From NCBI GenBank assembly GCA_041649575.1, contig JBAZMW010000003.1:60001-92000 (forward strand): DNA of 32,000 nucleotides, written 5' to 3'. This DNA is from Patescibacteria group bacterium (GTDB lineage: Bacteria > Patescibacteriota > Patescibacteriia > 2-01-FULL-39-33). The notes under the pieces are model-generated. The model did not search any database, was not told the DNA's origin, and saw only the letters and a program-made list of their open reading frames with translations. Position numbers and translations under genes: made by a program. The stretch's first letter is position 1; each line of letters begins with the position of its first letter. Shown piece by piece: positions 24,683 to 31,538 of this stretch.

Positions 24683-25342
24683 TTAAGACAATTTGTAATT
24701 ATTGATCATCAGCACAAACTTATACCCGAGATACTTGGCGGCCAAACGGCAGAAAGTCATGCGGTTGATAAAAATTTCGAAATATTCTATCGGATCGGCC
24801 AACTTGGTGTCGATGTTAATTTTTAGAATTATTTCTTTTCTCTTGCTGTCGACCGACAGCTGATTGTCGGTAGCGGCCCAGTTGACCCGATCGTGGATGT
24901 CGGTTTTGATACTGCCCTTGCTTTGCACGCGGGTGCGGTGCACGTCGGATTTGTCGGCCAAGATCAAAATGGCCGAGACTTTACTAACTAACTTTAAATC
25001 GTCCTTGTCATGACTGACTATGGCCTGCATTACCGTCGACAGATCTTCAGGCGCAGCTAAACTCATGAAAACTTGCGAAAACAGCATAGCCGCCCAATAA
25101 TGATGCCAGCTGCGGCCCAAAAAATTGCCCATATCGTGACAATAGCCGCTAATTGCCGAAAGCTCCTGCTCCCTTTTGGACAAGCCGACTTTCTTGGCCA
25201 GCGACATGGCGCGGTCGGCCACAATGTTGGTGTGACGAAAGCCGTGATCGGTGTAGCCCAGGGCCTTGAGATACTTCTCTGTTTGTTTGATAAAATCATT
25301 GACAAACAAATTAGTTTTAACTTGTTTAAAGGTTAATTGCAT
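24683..25342 (-). CDS. HD-domain phosphohydrolase
   Basis: HGFRHT...YCHDMGN (H...HD). I prefer the start at ATG 25342 (MQLTFKQV), because the longer track start at 25429 would overlap the upstream lipoprotein gene. Confidence 0.7.
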   Translation of the reverse strand: MQLTFKQVKTNLFVNDFIKQTEKYLKALGYTDHGFRHTNIVADRAMSLAKKVGLSKREQELSAISGYCHDMGNFLGRSWHHYWAAMLFSQVFMSLAAPEDLSTVMQAIVSHDKDDLKLVSKVSAILILADKSDVHRTRVQSKGSIKTDIHDRVNWAATDNQLSVDSKRKEIILKINIDTKLADPIEYFEIFINRMTFCRLAAKYLGYKFVLMINNYKLS

Positions 25343-25400
25343 ATTTGTCGCCTTCTTTACCCGCCGTAACTTTATCAAAGACGGGCTAAATAGTAAAAAT

Positions 25401-26360
25401 TTATTTTGTGAATTTAAAAGTATTTGCAACTTGTTGTACTATATTTAAATCATCTCCGAAAATTCTAATTGTCCTGGTGCTTCCAAATATATCAACAATA
25501 AGATGCTCTCCACCACATTCTTCGCTTATAATATTAAATGATATGGCATTTTGATTATTTATCTTGGTTACTTTTATATTACTAACTTTATTAAGATCAC
25601 CTTCTGCCAAAGTATTATTTCTTGATAAAATCTGATAAGCTGAATTAAAATCGAAGTCTTGAATCTCATTAATCTCAATAGCCTTACAATCGCATTCACA
25701 TAAAGTCGGGGCGTTAATTTGATGAAAAGAAATCGCACTTTTTATCCAAGGAAACAAATAATTATTTATCTGATCCTGTTGTGGCGTATTGTTATTTTCA
25801 TCAATTGTTATAATCGGATCTGTATAATCATTAGGATAATTAAATTCAAACTTATATTTATCATTCTTATAAATCTTCCGGTCGGCAGTTTCTGTATTGT
25901 AACAATCACCAATCATCTCTGCCGGAAAACTATACTGTTTAACCAAAGCACAATCTATTTGGCCGTTGCCGTCGAAAACCAACTGCCAAACACCATCAAC
26001 CTTGGCAGCCAAAAATATACCGCCTTCGCCAACACCACCAACGCCAAATTTTACTTCACCACGAGCATGAGTAGCATCTTCTTGTTTGATGTGCACAGTT
26101 ACTTCATCCGGCTGTTTGTTATACTTATGAATAAACAACTGTTTGATAGCGGCAACAGTATCGACCTGCTCTGCTTTCGGGCAAGGCGTAAATTCGCAAT
26201 TGGGACCTTCGCGACCAACAGCCGAACCATCGGGACAACTTTTGGCTTCCTTGGTGCAAACGCCTGCTTCGTTGCTCGTTTTAATAAAAGAAGGAACCAT
26301 AGTGCAGCCGGCCAAAGCAACAACTGCTACTAACGACAGTAAAAGTAAAAATTTTTTCAT
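25401..26360 (-). CDS. Lipoprotein (hypothetical)
   Basis: Signal peptide with lipobox: MKKFLLLLSLVAVVALAGC. Confidence 0.7.
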   Translation of the reverse strand: MKKFLLLLSLVAVVALAGCTMVPSFIKTSNEAGVCTKEAKSCPDGSAVGREGPNCEFTPCPKAEQVDTVAAIKQLFIHKYNKQPDEVTVHIKQEDATHARGEVKFGVGGVGEGGIFLAAKVDGVWQLVFDGNGQIDCALVKQYSFPAEMIGDCYNTETADRKIYKNDKYKFEFNYPNDYTDPIITIDENNNTPQQDQINNYLFPWIKSAISFHQINAPTLCECDCKAIEINEIQDFDFNSAYQILSRNNTLAEGDLNKVSNIKVTKINNQNAISFNIISEECGGEHLIVDIFGSTRTIRIFGDDLNIVQQVANTFKFTK

Positions 26361-26376
26361 AAAGTTATTATTTTGA

Positions 26377-26480
26377 TGTCATTGCGAGCGAAGCCCAAAG
26401 GGCGCAGCGAAGCAATCCCACGGGATCGCCACGGTCGTCCAGCCGGTTGTACCGGCTGGATAGCCTTAAGAGCGATGACA
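26377..26480. repeat. G+C-rich palindromic MITE/REP-like element, copy A
   Basis: tgtcattgcgag...agcgaagcaatcccacgggatcgccacg...ccggttgtaccgg...gagcgatgaca. It shares termini and core with 30092-30176 and fills an intergenic spacer. Confidence 0.7.
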
Positions 26481-26502
26481 ACTATTAAACTTTTAACTAC
26501 CG

Positions 26503-27957
26503 TTAATCCGCCATTTCGGTTTGCTCGCCAAACAAATCAATTTTTTCTTTTTTAGCTTTGGCAATCACGCTATCGGCGATTTGGATATTAGCATCGCGCA
26601 GAGCCTTCTGGCTGGTAAAATTGGGCGCGTCCATCATCAGGTCGCGGCTATCACCGGTTTTGGGAAAAACAATCACTTCACGGATATTTGGTTCGTTCTG
26701 CAAAATAGCCACAATCCTATCAATGCCGGCGGCAATGCCTCCATGAGGCGGCGCGCCATACTCAAATGCTTCCAGCATATGACCAAAACGCGCCTTAATT
26801 TCTTGTTCACCCACACCCAATAGTTCAAAAACTTTTTTCTGAATATCGCGCCGATGAATTCTGATAGAGCCGCCATAAATTTCAAACCCGTTTAACACCA
26901 AATCATAACCATAGGCCCTCCATTTTTGCGGCTCCTCTGGATATTTTTTCATATCTTCCAGATTTGGCATGGTAAAAGGATGGTGACTGGCCACTAATTT
27001 TTTTTCAGTTTTGGAATATTTGAACATCAGAGGGTCTATCAGCCACATAAAAGCCAGTTCACTAGGATCGTGTTTGTCAACTCTTAGATCCGGCTTATCG
27101 GTGCCGTATTTTTCCATACATTCTTCGTAAGTCAGGCGCGGAAATGGCTGCGCTGAGATATTCTTTTCCGGATAAAGCGTTTCTACTAACTTAATCATCA
27201 TGGGCTCAATCAGATTAAAAACGTCTTCCTGTTCGATAAAGCTCATTTCCACGTCCAGTTGAGTGAATTCGGCTTGCCGGTCGCCTCTGGTATCTTCGTC
27301 CCTAAAACACCTGGCGATTTGAAAATATTTTTCCGCACCGGCCACCATTAAGAGTTGCTTGAACTGCTGGGGCGACTGTGGCAAGACATAAAATTTGCCC
27401 GGCCAAAGCCTAGAAGGCACTATAAATTCTCTGGCCCCTTCCGGCGTGCCTTTGGTAAGAACCGGCGTTTCGATATCCAGAAATCCCAAATCCGTCAAAT
27501 AATCCCTGATAAACTTCACCACTTTGGAGCGCATAACCATGTTTTTGGTCATCCGCTGGGTGCGTAAATCAAGATAACGGTATTTGAGACGGGTTTCTTC
27601 GTTTACCTCGGCCGTGTTCTGGTCGATGGCAAAAGGCGGCGTCTTGGCTTCGTTTAAAATTTCAAGTTTGGTCACCAATAGCTCCACCGAGCCGGTGGCA
27701 ATTTTATCATTAATCATATTGGCCGGACGCTCATTGACAGTGCCGACAATGGCCACCACATACTCACTGCGCAGTTTCTCGGCCAAAGCGTGCGTTTCCT
27801 TGTTCGAGGGAATAAACACCACCTGCAAAATGCCGCTACGATCACGGACATCAATAAAAATCAATTTGCCATGATCGCGACGAGTGTGTACCCAACCCAT
27901 GATTTTCACCTCCTGACCTATCTTGTTTGTCACCTCCAAAATCGGAGTTCTTTGCAT
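26503..27957 (-). CDS. aspS: Aspartyl-tRNA synthetase (bacterial type, lacking the large insertion domain)
   Basis: OB-fold N-terminus, motif 2 FRDEDTRGDRQAEFTQLDVEMSF, motif 3 GGIAAGIDRIVAIL. Only about 30 aa separate DKPDLR and HHPFT. Confidence 0.9.
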   Translation of the reverse strand: MQRTPILEVTNKIGQEVKIMGWVHTRRDHGKLIFIDVRDRSGILQVVFIPSNKETHALAEKLRSEYVVAIVGTVNERPANMINDKIATGSVELLVTKLEILNEAKTPPFAIDQNTAEVNEETRLKYRYLDLRTQRMTKNMVMRSKVVKFIRDYLTDLGFLDIETPVLTKGTPEGAREFIVPSRLWPGKFYVLPQSPQQFKQLLMVAGAEKYFQIARCFRDEDTRGDRQAEFTQLDVEMSFIEQEDVFNLIEPMMIKLVETLYPEKNISAQPFPRLTYEECMEKYGTDKPDLRVDKHDPSELAFMWLIDPLMFKYSKTEKKLVASHHPFTMPNLEDMKKYPEEPQKWRAYGYDLVLNGFEIYGGSIRIHRRDIQKKVFELLGVGEQEIKARFGHMLEAFEYGAPPHGGIAAGIDRIVAILQNEPNIREVIVFPKTGDSRDLMMDAPNFTSQKALRDANIQIADSVIAKAKKEKIDLFGEQTEMAD

Positions 27958-28187
27958 AGACTAAAAAAGAAAATTTGTTAAAATTTGTTAAATTAATTAT
28001 AACAAAAATCGATTTTTTGTTCAATGAAAAAAAGCCACAAATTACCAATGAATCGCGACTTTAAAAATTCTTACCCCAAAAACATAAAAATTCTTAGTTA
28101 TTATGACTTTAAATTTGTTTAATATTTTAATTTTTAATTTTTTAATTTGTTTTTTATTTAAATTTAGCCAAAATAAATAACTAACCA

Positions 28188-28216
28188 TTGACACTAATTT
28201 TCAAAAATGATAGAAT
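28188..28216 (+). promoter_or_regulatory. Near-consensus promoter of G+C-rich cassette 3
   Basis: TTGACA (28188-28193), a 17-nt spacer, then TAGAAT (28211-28216). Confidence 0.55.
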
Positions 28217-28220
28217 TTTT

Positions 28221-28622
28221 TATTGAGCGGCACAGTGCTGACTCAAAACCTCGAACATTACAAACAAGAGCGGAGGACAAATCCGTGTATATAAGGAACA
28301 TAGTTCCCGGACAGTTTGTTTAGTTCTTCTCCCAAGAAGACCCGCACGATGCGCGTAATGGCAAGAGACATCGCGTTGACAGCGTTGACGTGAGAGAGAG
28401 CACTGTGACGCTGGACGTCTCCGAAGATGACGGCTACACGACTGATTTTGAGATAGTGGATTCTGTTAGTTGCTGGAGCCAGCCGGTAGAATTGTGCAGT
28501 TTCTAGTGCAGGAAGAGAAGGCTTGTGAGCGGCGCCGATCCTGGACGCGTCATAGCTTTCGTCCCCGAACCGCCAGCCACGGCCCCGTCCGTACCGGCCA
28601 AACCATAGAAAGGGCGCGACCA
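28221..28622 (+). other. ORF-poor G+C-rich transcribed leader (candidate structured RNA or decayed gene)
   Basis: It lies downstream of a strong promoter. All three + frames carry stops. It starts with a leader hairpin shared with cassette 4. The only long ORF is antisense and has neither an ATG nor an RBS. Confidence 0.3.
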
Positions 28623-28961
28623 ATGAGATCAAGAAACGCGGTAGCACTGAAAGCGGGCCAGTTCTTGCTTTTTTCCCGAAGAATCGCTTCCGGGAAAAAG
28701 GTCATGGTAATGGGGCGTGTCAAAGAGATAAGCCCCAAAGGCGACCGTAAGCTGGACTACATCGACCTGGAACTGATGGACGAAGAAAGCCAGATCTGGC
28801 CGGACCACCGTGATTGCCATGACGGCGGCAGAGCAGCGACGCTCTCCCGGCTCCAAGAGCTCTACGGACCAGCGAGAATCACTACGCCCGAAGAAGCCGA
28901 GAGCTTCCAGATGAAAGTGCTGGCGAATCGCGTCGTTGCTATTGTCCGCTTCTTCTGGTGA
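28623..28961 (+). CDS. Hypothetical protein (113 aa from ATG 28623; the track's TTG start at 28470 is possible)
   Basis: Open frame in G+C-rich DNA with a weak GAAAGGG RBS 8 nt upstream of the ATG. No recognisable domain. Confidence 0.4.
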   Translation: MRSRNAVALKAGQFLLFSRRIASGKKVMVMGRVKEISPKGDRKLDYIDLELMDEESQIWPDHRDCHDGGRAATLSRLQELYGPARITTPEEAESFQMKVLANRVVAIVRFFW

Positions 28962-29031
28962 CAACGCTGGAGGCGACGCCACAACCGTTGATGCTCTGCC
29001 ATTGCCGCCAGGAGGAAACATGCACATAACA

Positions 29032-29074
29032 CACCCGAGGTTGCGCACGCGCGCGACCCCGGGGTGATTTTTTT
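29032..29074 (+). terminator. Possible terminator ending cassette 3
   Basis: CACCC...GGGTG pairing around a G+C-rich core (gcgcacgcgcgcgaccccgggg), followed by a run of 7 T. Confidence 0.35.
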
Positions 29075-29086
29075 ATAACAAAATTT

Positions 29087-29647
29087 CTAAAACAATCTTT
29101 CTACAAAACCGCAACCGCGAGCCGGCTTTTCTGACACCACCTCTATCAGCCGCTTGAGCTCAAAAAAAAGTTGTTTTTGGGTTTGGGCCTGAATTTTCGG
29201 CCGGTAACCCAAGTGCCTCAATAATTCGAAAAGATATTTGTTTAAAGATAATAAATTCTTGGTTTTTTCTTTTTCTTCGCTTAGAGAAAATAAGAATTTC
29301 TCAATAATTTCAAACAAAAAACCGTCAGCCGCCTCATGAATTATCAAACTATCAATCGCCGCCAAAAAATAATTGGCGATAACTATCTTATCCAGATCGG
29401 CTTTAATGGCCGAGTAATTTTTGGCAATGCCGGCGGCGGCCAGACGCTTTGACAGCTGGCCCTCGGCCAGCATTAAATCGCAAATCAAAAACGGCTCCAA
29501 ATGCGAATTGAGCTTGGAAGTGATTTTTTTGGCGCCCTTGGCAATGGCCGTCACCTTGCCAAATAAGCGGGTGTAGAGCGTGTACTGGCAATCATAGTCG
29601 CCGAGAGCGCATTTTTTGAGGACAATGGCTTGAGTGAGATAAGTCAT
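29087..29647 (-). CDS. recO: DNA repair protein RecO (short form)
   Basis: The N-terminal OB-fold pattern (QAIVLKKCALGDYDCQYTLYTRLFGKVTAIAKGAKKITSKLNSHLEPF) is typical of RecO. Confidence 0.7.
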   Translation of the reverse strand: MTYLTQAIVLKKCALGDYDCQYTLYTRLFGKVTAIAKGAKKITSKLNSHLEPFLICDLMLAEGQLSKRLAAAGIAKNYSAIKADLDKIVIANYFLAAIDSLIIHEAADGFLFEIIEKFLFSLSEEKEKTKNLLSLNKYLFELLRHLGYRPKIQAQTQKQLFFELKRLIEVVSEKPARGCGFVERLF

Positions 29648-29698
29648 CTTTGAACTAAAGATTTAAAACTAAAAAGGTACAAGAAAAAACAAAGCGGC

Positions 29699-30079
29699 TT
29701 ACTTGCTATCCAAATAACCCTGTAAGGTGAGCATAGCGGCCACATCATCGTCATGGCGGCCGGGCTTTAGCCTTTGTGCCTCCTTGCTGGTAAACCTCTC
29801 ATCATAAAAAACTAATTTTATTTTTAATTCTTGGGCCAAGCGCTCGCCGAAGTCTTTTGTCTTAAAGGTTTGCGGGGATTTTTGGGATTTTTTATTAAGC
29901 GGCAGACCGACAACCACTAGCTGTATTTTTTCCTTGTTAATTATTTCTCTAACTTCCAAGGCCAACCCATTAAAACCAGAATTTTTCAAAATTCCGTACG
30001 GCAAAGCCAGGCCGCTCTCTGTGTCGGCAATAGCCAAACCGATTTTTACTTCACCATAGTCGATGCCAAGTAGTTTCAT
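29699..30079 (-). CDS. ruvX: Holliday junction resolvase-like protein RuvX/YqgF
   Basis: MKLLGIDYGEVKIGLAIAD N-terminus; 126 aa. Confidence 0.85.
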   Translation of the reverse strand: MKLLGIDYGEVKIGLAIADTESGLALPYGILKNSGFNGLALEVREIINKEKIQLVVVGLPLNKKSQKSPQTFKTKDFGERLAQELKIKLVFYDERFTSKEAQRLKPGRHDDDVAAMLTLQGYLDSK

Positions 30080-30091
30080 GTCTGTTTACAG

Positions 30092-30176
30092 TGTCATTGC
30101 GAGGAGCGAAGCGATGTGGCAATCCCGTGGGATCCCCACGTCGCCCGGCCGAATGGCCGGACTCCTCGGGATGACA
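30092..30176. repeat. G+C-rich palindromic MITE/REP-like element, copy B
   Basis: Terminal inverted repeat tgtcattgcgaggag / ctcctcgggatgaca. The core is gcaatcccgtgggatccccacg plus the hairpin ccggccgaatggccgg. It fills essentially the whole map-ruvX spacer. Confidence 0.75.
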
Positions 30177-30177
30177 A

Positions 30178-30948
30178 TTAAATAGTAGTTATAATCTCTC
30201 CTCCCCTTTCTGTCACCGCGATCGTATGCTCAAAATGCGCCGAGAGCGAATTGTCTCTAGTGGCCACCGTCCAGCCGTCGTCCAAAGTTTCTACCGGCCA
30301 GTCGCCAAAATTAACCATTGGCTCTAGAGCCAAAGTCATACCAACCGCCAGCTTGATGTCGGCAAACCTCTTGTCCACATAATTGGGAATTTGCGGATCT
30401 TCGTGGGGAGAAAAACCGACTCCATGGCCGCACAATTGCCGCACAACACTAAAACCATTTTTTTCAACGTAATCTTGAATGGCGCGGGAAATGTCCGTCA
30501 ATTTATTGCCAGCTTTGGCCTGCCTAATGCCTTTAGACAAAGATTCTTCCGTGACGGAAATAAGTTTTCGGATTTGCCGGCCAACACTACCAACGGCGAC
30601 TGTCTTGGCCATGTCGGTAAAAAGCCCGCGATACTCCAGGCCGCAATCAATACCAACGATGTCGCCGCTTTTAATAATCCTATTGGGAACCGGCAGGCCA
30701 TGCACCACTTCGTTATTTAACGAAAGGCAAAGAGCCGAGGGATAGGCATGCTCGGCCCAAGAAGCCCGATAACCCTTAAAACTTGGCTTGCCGCCGGCTT
30801 TTTTTATTAATTCTTCGGCATAAACACTCAATTCTTCGGTGCCAACGCCGGGTTTTATTTTTTTTATTACCAAAGCCAAAACCTGGGCGAGAATTTTCCC
30901 GCCCTGACGCATGGTGGCTATTTGTTGTTTATTTTTTAATTTAACCAT
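30178..30948 (-). CDS. map: Type I methionine aminopeptidase
   Basis: Metal-ligand motifs GDIVGIDCG, GHGVG, LALEPM and EHTIAVT. Confidence 0.95.
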   Translation of the reverse strand: MVKLKNKQQIATMRQGGKILAQVLALVIKKIKPGVGTEELSVYAEELIKKAGGKPSFKGYRASWAEHAYPSALCLSLNNEVVHGLPVPNRIIKSGDIVGIDCGLEYRGLFTDMAKTVAVGSVGRQIRKLISVTEESLSKGIRQAKAGNKLTDISRAIQDYVEKNGFSVVRQLCGHGVGFSPHEDPQIPNYVDKRFADIKLAVGMTLALEPMVNFGDWPVETLDDGWTVATRDNSLSAHFEHTIAVTERGGEIITTI

Positions 30949-31033
30949 GACTTAATATTAACAAAAAAAGAATAAAATCACAAAAAGATAAACTTATTTT
31001 TGCCTAAATTTAAACAAAAAATAACATTATTTA

Positions 31034-31062
31034 TTGACATTTAATTTTGGATATGATATAAT
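31034..31062 (+). promoter_or_regulatory. Consensus promoter of G+C-rich cassette 4
   Basis: TTGACA (31034-31039), a 17-nt spacer, then TATAAT (31057-31062). Confidence 0.6.
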
Positions 31063-31127
31063 TATATATTGGGTCGGCATCGCGCTGACTCGAGATTTTG
31101 GACATTTTCAACCAAGGAGAAAGAGAA

Positions 31128-31481
31128 ATGAAACGATTTTTCAGCTTTTTGGAGCGGCTGTTCGCCGGCCTGAGTGCGATAGCTCTACTGCTCGGCCTGA
31201 TGTTTGTGGCCGGCATCTGTCTATCGCTGCCCTGGTACGGCTGGATTGCCAGCTTCCTGGCCGGCATCTTCACCGCAGGGATAAGAGTGATCCGCTGGCC
31301 GATCAAAATCGCCTTGCTGGTAATCTGGGGGCCGATGATCATGGCTTTCGGCTACTACATCGTCTTCCCGATGGTCGGGCCGGTGAGTATCGTGCAGGGA
31401 GCGATCTGCTGGGTGATATTCATCACGGCGTTTGTGATGGCTCGCTGCGCCGCCGGCATCAAGGACATGCCAACGGACTGA
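31128..31481 (+). CDS. Small polytopic membrane protein (hypothetical)
   Basis: AAGGAG lies 8 nt upstream of ATG 31128. The 117-aa product has about four hydrophobic helices (LSAIALLLGLMFVAGICL, WIASFLAGIFTAGI, IALLVIWGPMIMAFGYYIVF, AICWVIFITAFVMA). Confidence 0.7.
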   Translation: MKRFFSFLERLFAGLSAIALLLGLMFVAGICLSLPWYGWIASFLAGIFTAGIRVIRWPIKIALLVIWGPMIMAFGYYIVFPMVGPVSIVQGAICWVIFITAFVMARCAAGIKDMPTD

Positions 31482-31538
31482 AAAGGCCTATGAGCGGTGC
31501 CTTTGAAAACCGCTTAAGACAAAGAAGGAGTTGCAACC

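Noticed and set aside
28221-28622. The G+C-rich ORF-less stretch as RNase P RNA, tmRNA, SRP RNA or 6S RNA.
   Set aside because: I could not find the conserved signature sequences of these RNAs, such as a tRNA-like 3' end or P4-type motifs. It is left as an unclassified candidate, not called.
28285-28626. A + frame in cassette 3 is interrupted only by three TAG codons, suggesting an amber-readthrough gene or a recent pseudogene.
   Set aside because: About four stops in about 113 codons is what random G+C-rich sequence would give. There is no ATG and no recognisable protein similarity.
28258-29048. Minus-strand ORFs 28258-28647 (129 aa) and 28629-29048 (139 aa) in cassette 3.
   Set aside because: They start only at GTG or alternative codons with no RBS. 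They run antisense to the promoter-driven strand. Long spurious ORFs are expected in G+C-rich DNA. Kept as unsupported.
29020-29067. A 15-codon ORF (MHITHPRLRTRATPG) with a perfect GGAGG RBS at the end of cassette 3.
   Set aside because: It is too short to support from sequence alone. It overlaps the putative terminator stem. Noted only.
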